64,000 nt of DNA, from the sequence record MF498773.1; one strand, written 5' to 3'. The notes under the pieces are model-generated. The model was not told the origin of the DNA. It saw only the letters and a list, made by a program, of their open reading frames with translations, and did not search any database. How positions within the stretch are numbered: position 1 is the stretch's first letter; each line of letters begins with the position of its first letter. Of this stretch, positions 35,856 to 47,857 are shown one piece after another. The position numbers were made by a program, and so were the translations under genes.

Positions 35856-37352
35856 ATGGCTAACAAAGTGTATAAAAATGGGGTGGTGCATGACACCATC
35901 CCATCCATTTATAAAAATAACTGGCATAGGTCCGTACCGTGGGTTTTTTCTAATGGGGCATGGCATAGAGCTTATGACCTTGGCGACGAAAACCTATTAG
36001 CAAATAGTCGAATGTTGAATGGTACTGATATTTTTTGTTATTCTGACGGGGTTGTTATTGGAAACGTTCCACCATGCTATACCGTTTATAATAACTCGAC
36101 AAATACGGGAAATAACGCTTTTGCTATAAGCTTCAACCAAGATAATGAAAATACGAAAGGATATACATTCAGAACTATTGATAGTCGAATGTTCTTCCAA
36201 ACCCGTATTTCGTTAAAGGCTGGAAAAACTTATACCGCAAGCGTTATGGTTAAAAACAACGATCTTACGTTGGTTCATAGTGGTGTACTTGCTGATATAT
36301 ACATGGACAATGGTGACCCCATTGATAATTATCTAACATTTAAAACTAAATTTGATAATAATCCATTAATTGGTGATGAGAGAACCCGTATATACTCTAC
36401 TTTCACCGCAAAGAAAGACTGTCTAATACAATTTAACTTTGGTGTTGGAGTTAGATATAACACAAATGGTGATTTCTCTTTTGATTCACCTATGGTTACA
36501 AATACAAATATCCTGATCGATTATCAACCAACCCCCCACGTTTTAACCAACGAAGCAATTATTTTAAATAGAGACGCTGGATTCTCTACCACTGGTTCTT
36601 TGATGGTTGCGAACAAGACACATAAAGTTTCTGGTGGCCTTGTTATTGGTGATATCGCTACAGAACTAGTGATAGCTTCAAAAAACGTTGGTGGTATTTC
36701 TACTGGTATGGGCATAAATCTAGAAACTAACACATTCTGGGTTAAAACTCCCGATGGTGCATATCATACCAAACCGTTGAAAAGACCATTACCAAGAAAT
36801 AACAGTATTGGTGTATCTGTTTGGTTTGATGTATCTAACGGATTTGCTCAAAATATAAGGTTGTATGTAAACGGTGAAGTCTACGCAAGAATAACAGATC
36901 CATATCTTAGTCTTGATACAGGGCTCAATACTGTATTCGGGTTAAATAGTAATAACATCACCATTGAACAATTTGAAATTTACATGGATGGAAACAGTCA
37001 TCTATTTAATATTTCAAATCAGGGTAATGGAAAATTGGTATCTACTGATGGAAAACTGGTTCTTGATATCGTCGGTGATACAATTTGGTGGAGTACGGTT
37101 GCGCCTAAAATAACGAAACAACCACAAGTTATATATAACGCGCAAGTTGGTGATACGGTCGTGATAGAATCGGATTGTGATAGATTTTCCACAGTTCAAT
37201 GGAAAACCTCAAGGGGTGTTGAAGTAGGTAATTCTAAAAATCTAGAGATAGAAGTTACCCCAACTCTAGACACATCAATTTTCTACTACGCCATTTATAA
37301 GAACAGTTATGGTCAAGTAACCACTCGCTCAACTAGGATCCAAATATCTTAA
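35856..37352 (+). CDS. Putative whisker-tip adhesin (carbohydrate-binding-like, LamG-like and Ig-like domains; 498 aa)
   Basis: KVYKNG..WHR..W..GAWH N-terminal motif, beta-rich core, C-terminal PKITKQP...QWK...YYAIYKN. Confidence 0.6.
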   Translation: MANKVYKNGVVHDTIPSIYKNNWHRSVPWVFSNGAWHRAYDLGDENLLANSRMLNGTDIFCYSDGVVIGNVPPCYTVYNNSTNTGNNAFAISFNQDNENTKGYTFRTIDSRMFFQTRISLKAGKTYTASVMVKNNDLTLVHSGVLADIYMDNGDPIDNYLTFKTKFDNNPLIGDERTRIYSTFTAKKDCLIQFNFGVGVRYNTNGDFSFDSPMVTNTNILIDYQPTPHVLTNEAIILNRDAGFSTTGSLMVANKTHKVSGGLVIGDIATELVIASKNVGGISTGMGINLETNTFWVKTPDGAYHTKPLKRPLPRNNSIGVSVWFDVSNGFAQNIRLYVNGEVYARITDPYLSLDTGLNTVFGLNSNNITIEQFEIYMDGNSHLFNISNQGNGKLVSTDGKLVLDIVGDTIWWSTVAPKITKQPQVIYNAQVGDTVVIESDCDRFSTVQWKTSRGVEVGNSKNLEIEVTPTLDTSIFYYAIYKNSYGQVTTRSTRIQIS

Positions 37353-37363
37353 GGGGCATTAAA

Positions 37364-37507
37364 ATGCAAACCGCTGTACTTTTATTCTTTAGGACAATCG
37401 GTCTCGAAATTCTAACTCAGTTGCTTAAGGTGGCGGCGGAAGCAATCACCAAAAAACAGAAGCAGAATGAAGAAGATAAAGAGGCTAACAAAAATAAAGA
37501 ACAATAA
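37364..37507 (+). CDS. Small protein (47 aa): amphipathic N-terminus, charged tail
   Basis: GGGG RBS, manual translation MQTAVLLFFRTIGLEILTQLLKVAAEAITKKQKQNEEDKEANKNKEQ. Confidence 0.65.
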   Translation: MQTAVLLFFRTIGLEILTQLLKVAAEAITKKQKQNEEDKEANKNKEQ

Positions 37508-37510
37508 TTA

Positions 37511-37543
37511 AAAGCCCCGTTCGTTTATTCGTTCGGGGCTTTT
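37511..37543 (+). terminator. Terminator
   Basis: AAAGCCCCG...CGGGGCTTT. Confidence 0.8.
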
Positions 37544-37580
37544 CTCTAAATACCATTGTAAACTATTAAAGGAAGATAAA

Positions 37581-38501
37581 ATGTATAATACCTGTAATAA
37601 CCCTAAAGAACTAAAAGATAATATTCTTCGTCGGTTAGGTGCACCAATTATAAATATTGAGGTTACAGAAACTCAGATCTATGACAGTATCGGTCGGGCT
37701 CTTGAACTTTATAAAGATTACCACCACGATGCACTAAACCGGGCCTTTATAACCTGTATTCTAACCGAAGAACAAGCCATGACCGGGTATATCGATTTGA
37801 GTGAATACCCAGTATTCGCAGTAACTAGAATTCTGCGTAGTATGGTCGGTAATATGACTCTGTTGGGTGGTGGTGTTCCTCTAAACTGGTTTGCTAGTTT
37901 CATTACTGGGTTAGCAACGAGTGGCGTTGGTTCTTGCTACCATGGACCTTTTGGGACAATCGGTTCCGTTGGATATTTTGCTGCATTTAGTTCCTATCAG
38001 AAACTCCTACAAGACCAATTAAATCCACTACCGGATTATGATTTTGATACCAAATCTGGGATTCTACAGATCACACACAACAACCTCAAAAAAGGTGATG
38101 TGATGGTTATTGAAGCATATGTTCAAAACTTCGTAGACCTTGACGAATATGCATTTAACGATATAGGTAGTGCTTTACCAATAGGTCACGGTGTACCTGC
38201 ATCAGATTTAGAAAATAAATGGTCTAACCCATACAAGAAACTCCCCCAAAGCGTCATAGGAAGCGCAAGGAACGATTTCCCAGACCAGAAGGTATATAAC
38301 AACAGGTGGGTTAAAGATATGTCCACAGCGCTCGTTAAAGAGGTTTGGGGGAATATAATGGCTAAACACCAAGGGATGCAACTCCCCGGTGGAGTAACTG
38401 TTGACGGAACTAGACTAATCCAAGAAGCCAAACAAGAAATTGAGACCCTTCGAGAGGAATTGCTTCTGTTGGCTGGTCCAGATCCAATTATTATGGGGTA
38501 A
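37581..38501 (+). CDS. 13: Neck protein gp13
   Basis: ILRRLGAPIINIEVT, WGNIMAKHQGMQLPGGVTVDG. Confidence 0.97.
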   Translation: MYNTCNNPKELKDNILRRLGAPIINIEVTETQIYDSIGRALELYKDYHHDALNRAFITCILTEEQAMTGYIDLSEYPVFAVTRILRSMVGNMTLLGGGVPLNWFASFITGLATSGVGSCYHGPFGTIGSVGYFAAFSSYQKLLQDQLNPLPDYDFDTKSGILQITHNNLKKGDVMVIEAYVQNFVDLDEYAFNDIGSALPIGHGVPASDLENKWSNPYKKLPQSVIGSARNDFPDQKVYNNRWVKDMSTALVKEVWGNIMAKHQGMQLPGGVTVDGTRLIQEAKQEIETLREELLLLAGPDPIIMG

Positions 38502-38504
38502 TAT

Positions 38505-39296
38505 ATGTACGATTCTAATCTATTTGCCAGACTAGAAGATGGTTCCGGATATGAGGATTCAACTAATAAGAAAGAAGTATTGAATCCTCATGTTAATAAT
38601 TATGGTCATGGCTATACACAAGCATTTGCTAGACATTTAATGTCAGAAGCAATCCAAATGAAAGGAATTGAGGTTTTCTATATTCGAAGGGAACTGGTGA
38701 AACTTGACCTTTTGTACGGGGAAGATATGCAATCCAAATTCAACAACGCTTTCCGGGTTGCTATGTATTTGGAAAACTTTGAAGGGTATCAGGGACGTCA
38801 GGAATTTTTCTCAAAATTTGGTATGAGTGTAAATGATGAGGCTGAATTCTCTGTATCCCCAGAACTGTTTAATAGACAAGGGGATGGAGAGAAGGCAAGG
38901 GAGGGAGACCTAATATATTTCCCTATGAATAATGCCCTTTTCGAAGTAACTTGGGTCGAACCAAATAACCCATTCTATCAAAATGGACAAGAAACACTGT
39001 ATAAAATTACAGCACAGAAATTCATATATTCTGGCGAAGAGATTCAACCAGAGTTTAGTCCGTCGGATTATATTATGAATCCTGCACTAGACCCAGTTCG
39101 TAAACTCGATAAACGAGTTGATACATCGATTCTTGAATATGAAGAAGATGATTTTGTTTCTGACGAAGCAGATGATTTCGTAGAAGAATTTGATGTGTTA
39201 ATTGGTACTGGTGCCCCGGTTGCAGAAGCTCCATATCAACCATTTGTTAATGGTCAAACTAATAAAGACCCATTCAGCGATCTTGACTTTAGATAA
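38505..39296 (+). CDS. 14: Neck protein gp14
   Basis: FSKFGMSVNDE, EGDLIYFPMNNALFEVTWVE. Confidence 0.97.
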   Translation: MYDSNLFARLEDGSGYEDSTNKKEVLNPHVNNYGHGYTQAFARHLMSEAIQMKGIEVFYIRRELVKLDLLYGEDMQSKFNNAFRVAMYLENFEGYQGRQEFFSKFGMSVNDEAEFSVSPELFNRQGDGEKAREGDLIYFPMNNALFEVTWVEPNNPFYQNGQETLYKITAQKFIYSGEEIQPEFSPSDYIMNPALDPVRKLDKRVDTSILEYEEDDFVSDEADDFVEEFDVLIGTGAPVAEAPYQPFVNGQTNKDPFSDLDFR

Positions 39297-39358
39297 AATA
39301 TAAAGGCGGGGGAAACCCCGCTTCCCTAAATACAATAAATACATATGGAGTGTAAATT

Positions 39359-40171
39359 ATGTTTGGATATTTCTATAATAGCTCAATGCGTAGATATACG
39401 GTTTTGCTAATGGACCTCCTTAGCGGTGTACAAGTAGAACGTACACGAGGAGACCAAAAGTTTTATAATAAAGTACCAATTACAAACGCATCAAAAGAGC
39501 GATTTATCATAAAGCTTAACAATGCGTTTAGCAACAATTATGATGGTGAAATGGCTCGTGGCGAAACCATTCTCCCTAGAATAAATATCCATATGGTGGA
39601 TATGATGTATAACTCTCAGTATAAAACAGGTATGCAGGGAAGACAAGCATCTGACCAAAACAATAAGTCATATAATATTTTCAACCCAGTACCTTGGAAA
39701 TTTACTTTTGAGGTTTCTATTCATACCAGATATGAAACTGATATGCATACCATCGTAGAGCAAATTCTACCATATTTCCAACCTAACTTCCCATGCAAAA
39801 TTGTTGAACTTCATGACGGTAAAACCCCCGTCAATAGAGATATTCAGATAACAATTCAATCTGTTTCTATGTCAGAAGAATTAGAAGGAGACCGGGGAGA
39901 ACGTCGCCGTCTAGAATGGACCTTATTCTTTGAACTAGATGGATGGATGTATGCAAACTTTGCAGACCTTAAGGGTGAGATCAAAACAACATATCTTGAT
40001 TTCTTTGGGAATATGAAAAGACTCCCGGTTGAAGCTTATGAATCCGTTGACGCGCAAGTGGTTCCTTTTGATTCCACACCAAATACATGGAATGGGGATT
40101 ATATAGAAACTTGCTCTGCTGGAGTACCAATCCCCGTAGATCCAGAACCATCAAAACCAAGAGAGAATTAA
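39359..40171 (+). CDS. 15: Tail sheath stabilizer gp15
   Basis: MFGYFYNSSMRRY, EQILPYFQP. Confidence 0.97.
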   Translation: MFGYFYNSSMRRYTVLLMDLLSGVQVERTRGDQKFYNKVPITNASKERFIIKLNNAFSNNYDGEMARGETILPRINIHMVDMMYNSQYKTGMQGRQASDQNNKSYNIFNPVPWKFTFEVSIHTRYETDMHTIVEQILPYFQPNFPCKIVELHDGKTPVNRDIQITIQSVSMSEELEGDRGERRRLEWTLFFELDGWMYANFADLKGEIKTTYLDFFGNMKRLPVEAYESVDAQVVPFDSTPNTWNGDYIETCSAGVPIPVDPEPSKPREN

Positions 40172-40172
40172 A

Positions 40173-40685
40173 ATGAGTGAATTAGATATGAAAAGTCTAC
40201 TTGATGTGTCTGGGTTGCCCGGATTTGATGGTGGCGAAGTTGTTGTGTATGAACCAACTGTATTACTTCCGGTGGAATCCAACCCGTTAGATAGAGCAAA
40301 AGACCTATCAGACGATTATAGTTTGGCTAGACAAGCATTAAACCAACAACAACAAATGATTATGGCTATGGCGGCAATTGCATTGGAGAATGCAAAGAAT
40401 TCAGAGAGTCCAAACCAAGTTAATGCGTTCACTCAGTTAATGGGAACGTGGACTGCTAATACAAAGGAAATTCTTAAGCTCCATAAAGAAATGGACGCAA
40501 TTACAGCCGAGAAAACAAAAACTGGTGGAAATAAACCAGAAACTCCTAGCCCGAGTATGAATATTGAAAACGCTACTGTTTTTATGGGAACCCCTGCTGA
40601 ACTAATGCTAAGAGAAGGAACCCAAACACAGGCTCAATCTCTTGTTATTGATGGTGAATCAGAAGAGGTTAAAAATGCAAATTAA
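40173..40685 (+). CDS. 16: Terminase small subunit gp16
   Basis: DLSDDYSLARQ, NAKNSESP, VFMGTPAEL. Confidence 0.95.
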   Translation: MSELDMKSLLDVSGLPGFDGGEVVVYEPTVLLPVESNPLDRAKDLSDDYSLARQALNQQQQMIMAMAAIALENAKNSESPNQVNAFTQLMGTWTANTKEILKLHKEMDAITAEKTKTGGNKPETPSPSMNIENATVFMGTPAELMLREGTQTQAQSLVIDGESEEVKNAN

Positions 40686-40980
40686 TTGGCGAGATCATAT
40701 AAAAACAGAAGAACATCTAAGGGCTTATATTGACCTAGATAGAACGGAATTTAATGACTATCTAATTAGTACATCGTGGGATATTCTAACACACAGAAAT
40801 GGTGTTAGAGTTCAAGTTGTTAATTATCCACTGGTTAGAGAATTATACACCTATATATTTTCTAAATTAGGATATGATGTTTCTGGTGACAAATATATCA
40901 TCGGAAACTCGGTTATCAAATTTACTAATGTGTTAGATATCCCCAGAGGTTCATTCTATAGGTATGTTTTTGAGGGATAA
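40675..40980 (+). CDS. Hypothetical protein between the terminase genes (101 aa)
   Basis: GAGG RBS, overlaps the gp16 stop, ends 3 nt before gp17. Confidence 0.75.
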   Translation: MQINWRDHIKTEEHLRAYIDLDRTEFNDYLISTSWDILTHRNGVRVQVVNYPLVRELYTYIFSKLGYDVSGDKYIIGNSVIKFTNVLDIPRGSFYRYVFEG

Positions 40981-42903
<1,923 letters not shown>

Positions 42904-42916
42904 AAGGAAAATAAAA

Positions 42917-44953
42917 ATGGCATTACTTTCTCCGGGTGTAGAAGCTAAAGAGAATAATATGCAAACTACTATTGCCCGTTCATCTACTGGACGGGCGGCT
43001 CTAGCTGGTAAATTCCAGTGGGGTCCTGCATATCAAATTTCTCAACTAGTTTCCGAGACCGATCTTATCGACCGTTTCGGTCGTCCTGATAATCAAACTG
43101 CTGATAGCGTTCTCAGTGCGATCAACTTCCTGAAATATGGTAACGATCTTCGTACCGTCCGTATTCTTGATGAAGATACAGCACGTAACTCTAGTCCGTT
43201 TTTTGAAACAATTGATTATACTATTACATCTCCGGGTGTTGATTATCGTATTGGTGACGATGTTAAAATTCTCCAAAATGGTGCAACTATCACCACTGGT
43301 AAAGTGTCCGCACTTAACTCCGTTGGTGGTATTACCTTCGTTAGATTCTCTACTGCCGAAGTAGTCAAAAAGGCAAAAGAACTTAACGATTACCCAGCCC
43401 TTCAAAATGGATGGCAGATCCAATTTACCTCTGGTGGTCCCGGTAGTGGTCAATCTGCAACGGCTGTACTGAATGGTATTCGTCAAGATAGTAAGATTTA
43501 TATCCGTAATGATGAATATTCCCGTGAATCCCTGCTTCGTAGAGACGAAACGACCGAAACATACATTGATATGTGTGAATCCTATGGTATTCCGGTTGTT
43601 GCTTCTCGTTATGCCGGTCTGACCGGTGATAATATCCAAGTCGCATTTATTGCGTACAAAGATTATTACAAGTTTGGTGTTGATGGTAAGATTTCTTCTG
43701 TTAATACAGTAAACCTGAAAACTTTCCCAAGTGGTTTGAGTTTTGGTAATATCACCCCAAGCTCTTATTTGGAATATGGTCCACAAACAAAAGACCAGTT
43801 CGCAATGATTGTTTTTGTTGGTGGTTCTGCTGTTGAATCTCGTGTTCTGTCAGTAAAAGAGAATGACCGCGATATATACGGTTCCAGTATCTATGTTGAT
43901 GAATTCTTCATTAATGGATATTCCACCTTTATTCAAGGTGTTGCTGAGTCGTGGCCTACTGAATATTCCGGAATCCTTACATTCGGTGGCGGTAATAGTG
44001 GTAACTCGACTGCTTCTGCCGGTGATTGGATCGAAGGTTGGGATATGTTCTCCGACCGTGAGCACGTAGATGTAAACCTGTTTATTGCCGGTTCTTGTGC
44101 TGGTGAAGGTGTAGAAATTGCATCAACTGTACAGAAATCCGTTGCCGCCATCTGTGATGAGCGTCAGGATTGTCTTGGTTGGATCAGCCCACCCCGCGAA
44201 TACATGGTAAACCTACCTGTAGCAACTTCGGTTAAGAAGATGGTTGAATGGCGTCGTGGTGTTACCGATTCGGGTGTTGTGGTTGATGATAACATGAACA
44301 TAGGAACCACCTACAGTTCTACATCTGCAAACTACAAGCTGCAATATGACAAATACAACGACACCAACCGTTGGATCCCGCTGTCTGCTGATATGGCTGG
44401 TTTGTGTGCTCGTACAGACACAGTAGCCCAACCATGGATGTCTCCGGCTGGTTTTAACCGTGGTCAGATCCTAGACGTTCGTAAGCTGGCTATCGAGACT
44501 CGTCAAGCACATCGTGATGAGCTATATCAAAACAGTATGAACCCAGTAGTTGGATTCCCCGGTCAAGGTTTCATTCTGTATGGTGATAAGACTATGAGTC
44601 TTCAACCAACCCCATTCGATCGGATCAACGTCCGTCGTTTGTTCAACCTGTTGAAGAAGTCTATCTCTGAAAGTGCGAAATATAAGCTGTTTGAGAATAA
44701 CGATGCGTTCACTCGTAACTCTTTCCGCAGTGAGGTCAATTCCTACCTAGATTCTATCAAGTCTCTTGGTGGTATCTATGATTTCCGTGTCGTGTGTGAT
44801 GAGACAAACAACACCCCAGCGGTTATTGACCGTAACGAGTTTGTTGCAACTATTCTAATCAAACCAGCACGGTCTATCAACTATGTTAGCCTGAACTTCT
44901 CCGCTGTGGGAACTTCCGCTAACTTCGATGAGTTGGTTGGTCCACAAAACTAA
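42917..44953 (+). CDS. 18: Tail sheath gp18
   Basis: LLSPGVE, GKFQWGP, FDRINVRRLF. Confidence 0.98.
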   Translation: MALLSPGVEAKENNMQTTIARSSTGRAALAGKFQWGPAYQISQLVSETDLIDRFGRPDNQTADSVLSAINFLKYGNDLRTVRILDEDTARNSSPFFETIDYTITSPGVDYRIGDDVKILQNGATITTGKVSALNSVGGITFVRFSTAEVVKKAKELNDYPALQNGWQIQFTSGGPGSGQSATAVLNGIRQDSKIYIRNDEYSRESLLRRDETTETYIDMCESYGIPVVASRYAGLTGDNIQVAFIAYKDYYKFGVDGKISSVNTVNLKTFPSGLSFGNITPSSYLEYGPQTKDQFAMIVFVGGSAVESRVLSVKENDRDIYGSSIYVDEFFINGYSTFIQGVAESWPTEYSGILTFGGGNSGNSTASAGDWIEGWDMFSDREHVDVNLFIAGSCAGEGVEIASTVQKSVAAICDERQDCLGWISPPREYMVNLPVATSVKKMVEWRRGVTDSGVVVDDNMNIGTTYSSTSANYKLQYDKYNDTNRWIPLSADMAGLCARTDTVAQPWMSPAGFNRGQILDVRKLAIETRQAHRDELYQNSMNPVVGFPGQGFILYGDKTMSLQPTPFDRINVRRLFNLLKKSISESAKYKLFENNDAFTRNSFRSEVNSYLDSIKSLGGIYDFRVVCDETNNTPAVIDRNEFVATILIKPARSINYVSLNFSAVGTSANFDELVGPQN

Positions 44954-45021
44954 TAGAGTGGGGGATAAATATCCCCCATTTTAACCACCCTAAATAATTA
45001 AAGAATACAAAGAGGTTTAAA

Positions 45022-45510
45022 ATGGATCTTACTGATGTAAGCCGTGCGTTTTCTAACGGTGATCTGGCTCGCCCTAACCTGTTTGAGATTGAAATTCCTT
45101 TCATGGGGCAAGACTTTTCATTTAAATGTAAAGCTGCTTCTATGCCGGGTGCAACTGTAGAACCCGTAATTCTGGGTTATCAGAATAAAAAGCTCAAACT
45201 GGCTGGTGACCGTACATTCGATGACTGGACACTCACAGTCTATAATGACACCGAACACAACACACGTCAACAATTTATTGAGTGGCAAAATATAGCTCAA
45301 TCCCTTGGTCGTAATATCAATGGTGAAGTTCCAACCGTGTATAAGAAGGAAGCAACCGTACATCAACTCGACCGTACTGGTAAGCGCACTCGTTCTTATA
45401 CAGTTTATGGTACTTGGCCTACCCAAATTTCCGAACTTGCTTTGGACTGGGATACTGGGTCTGAGGTTGAAATGTTTGAAGTTATTATGGCTTTGGACTG
45501 GTGGGAATAA
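45022..45510 (+). CDS. 19: Tail tube gp19
   Basis: GDLARPNLFE, KLAGDRTFDDW. Confidence 0.98.
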   Translation: MDLTDVSRAFSNGDLARPNLFEIEIPFMGQDFSFKCKAASMPGATVEPVILGYQNKKLKLAGDRTFDDWTLTVYNDTEHNTRQQFIEWQNIAQSLGRNINGEVPTVYKKEATVHQLDRTGKRTRSYTVYGTWPTQISELALDWDTGSEVEMFEVIMALDWWE

Positions 45511-45591
45511 AATGATTGGGGTAGAAATACCCCATATCCTTTTAATTTTATTGCCCTAAATAAATATAGATAAAATAAAAGGATTACTCAT

Positions 45592-47169
45592 ATGTTCAAT
45601 GGTCGTTTTACTGTTCCAAGTTTTCTTCGTCCGTGGGCGAAAGATGACGATAAGGAACTAGATATAGAACTCAAATCGGGTATTGATAGTTTCTCCGCAC
45701 CAGACAATCCCGATGGTGCAAATTCTATTGATAGAACCGATACATCAGCACCCAGTCGTGCATATCAAGCTTATGCATATGGTACTGAACAAAAAATTAA
45801 TTCAACTCGTCAACTTATAGATCAATATCGCGCTCTAACAAATTATCACGAAGTTGATAATGCGATTGATGAAATCGTAAACGATGCAATTGTTCAAGAA
45901 GACGAAAAGAATACTGTTTCATTGGATCTGGATGCAACTAAATGGAATAAATCCATTAAAGACCGGGTTCAGGAAGAATTTGAAGAAATATTGTCTCTTT
46001 TGAACTTCGAAAAAGAAGGTAAGAGATTATATCGCCGTTGGTATGTTGATAGTCGGATCTATTTCCATAAAATGATCGATCCGAAACGCCAAAAAGAAGG
46101 TATTAAAGAACTTCGGTTGTTAGACCCACGAGCCGTATATTATCACAGAGAAAACTTTAAAGAGGTTGAAGGTGGTAATAGCATTTATAAAGGTCATCGT
46201 GAATATTTTACTTATTCTGGTACTGAATGTTCGACTTATAATATAAACCAAGCCAATACAAACCATATCGTTATTCCCCGCGATGCGATGGTTTATGCTC
46301 ATAGTGGCAAAGTATCTTGTGATGGTAGATCCATTATAGGGCATTTACATGCTGCAATAAAGCCAGCTAACATTTTGAAGATGTTAGAGGATGCATTGGT
46401 TATATATCGCGTATCACGCGCACCAGAACGTCGTATTTTTTATATTGACGTTGGTAATATGCAACCGAAAAAAGCAACCGAACACGTAAACAAAGTCATG
46501 CAAGGTTTTAAAAACCGGGTTATCTATGACAGTTCAACTGGTAAGGTTAAAACAGCAGCCAATAACCTAAGTATGACAGAAGATTTCTGGTTGATGCGTC
46601 GTGATGGTAAGGCTTCTACTGAGATTTCTACTCTTCCGGGTGCTCAGTCTATTGGTGAAATGGACGACGTTCGTTGGTTCAACCGTAAAGTGTATGAAGC
46701 AATGAAATTGCCTCTTAGTCGTCTTCCAATGGAATCTGGTGGTGTTACATTCTCAAATGGTGGGGAAATATCTCGTGATGAGCTGTTGTTTTCTAAATTG
46801 GTTCGTGGTATGCAACGCCAATTTGACCCAATTTTCTATGACCCACTTGTTACAAACCTTATTCTAAAAGGTATTATGAGTCAGGAAGAATGGGATGAAG
46901 AAAAGAATAACATCAAGATTGTATATGCCAAAGATTCTTATTATGAAGAACTTAAAGATATTGAGATTCTTCAACGTAGAGTAGATGTGGTTAGTAGTCT
47001 CATTCAAAATAACATTGTCGGAAAATATATGTCTCATAATACAATTATGAAAGACATAATGAAAATGACAGATAAACAAATTGAAGAAGAGGCGAAGAAG
47101 ATTGAGGAAGAAATGAAATCCGAAATTCTCAATCCACCAAATCCAGAAGATGGTCTCGCTGATTTTTAA
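45592..47169 (+). CDS. 20: Portal protein gp20
   Basis: YHEVDNAIDEIVN, YRVSRAPERRIFYIDVGN. Confidence 0.98.
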   Translation: MFNGRFTVPSFLRPWAKDDDKELDIELKSGIDSFSAPDNPDGANSIDRTDTSAPSRAYQAYAYGTEQKINSTRQLIDQYRALTNYHEVDNAIDEIVNDAIVQEDEKNTVSLDLDATKWNKSIKDRVQEEFEEILSLLNFEKEGKRLYRRWYVDSRIYFHKMIDPKRQKEGIKELRLLDPRAVYYHRENFKEVEGGNSIYKGHREYFTYSGTECSTYNINQANTNHIVIPRDAMVYAHSGKVSCDGRSIIGHLHAAIKPANILKMLEDALVIYRVSRAPERRIFYIDVGNMQPKKATEHVNKVMQGFKNRVIYDSSTGKVKTAANNLSMTEDFWLMRRDGKASTEISTLPGAQSIGEMDDVRWFNRKVYEAMKLPLSRLPMESGGVTFSNGGEISRDELLFSKLVRGMQRQFDPIFYDPLVTNLILKGIMSQEEWDEEKNNIKIVYAKDSYYEELKDIEILQRRVDVVSSLIQNNIVGKYMSHNTIMKDIMKMTDKQIEEEAKKIEEEMKSEILNPPNPEDGLADF

Positions 47170-47194
47170 CAACACTAAATAAAGGTATAGAGTG

Positions 47195-47350
47195 ATGGAA
47201 GAATTTATTAATGCAGCACGAGCTGGTGATCTTATTGCCGCTAAAGGTGCATTCGAAACTGAAATGTTTTCACGTATTGCCGCTAAAACTCATGATATGC
47301 GGGTTCAGATGGGAGCATCCTTAGCCCCCTTCGAAGACGAACAAGAATAA
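47195..47350 (+). CDS. 67: Prohead core protein gp67 (51 aa)
   Basis: MEEFINAARAGDLIAAKGAFE; between gp20 and gp68. Confidence 0.8.
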   Translation: MEEFINAARAGDLIAAKGAFETEMFSRIAAKTHDMRVQMGASLAPFEDEQE

Positions 47351-47378
47351 TTTTTAACAACCCCATAAGGAAAATAAA

Positions 47379-47855
47379 ATGGAAAAACAAGAAGTAATTT
47401 CCAAATGGGGAGTAAAAGGTTCTCGCATTCTTGAAACCGATTTGGAGTACGACGTACTCCTTTCGTTAATCGCTGAATGCGTTGAATCAACTGCTCCCGA
47501 AAAAGCACAACACCTTAAATCTGTATTTGGTGAAGATGACTCTTTGACAATTGCAGAAAATATGATTTCTGAAAATGCGATTGAAGCATTGGCGATCCTA
47601 AGTATTTTGGAAGAGTCTGAGGAACTTGATGAAGTTCTTGTGAAGCGTGTAAATGCTGCCGGTACTGTTACACGTATCCATGACCGCGAAACCCGTAAAC
47701 GTAGAGCGTCACAAACCACTGGATTAAGTAAGTCACAGCGTCGTCAAATTGCTAGACATGCGGTTAAAACCAAAAGAGCTAACCCGTCTATTCAGATTCG
47801 AGCTAATAAGAAATATAAAAAGGCTATGCGTAAGCGCCATTCGATGGGGCTCTAA
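47379..47855 (+). CDS. 68: Prohead core protein gp68
   Basis: KRVNAAG...RKRRASQTTGLSKSQRRQIAR. Confidence 0.95.
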   Translation: MEKQEVISKWGVKGSRILETDLEYDVLLSLIAECVESTAPEKAQHLKSVFGEDDSLTIAENMISENAIEALAILSILEESEELDEVLVKRVNAAGTVTRIHDRETRKRRASQTTGLSKSQRRQIARHAVKTKRANPSIQIRANKKYKKAMRKRHSMGL

Positions 47856-47857
47856 TC

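Noticed and set aside
43046-43786. 246-aa minus-strand ORF
   Set aside because: Antisense shadow of gp18 caused by codon bias
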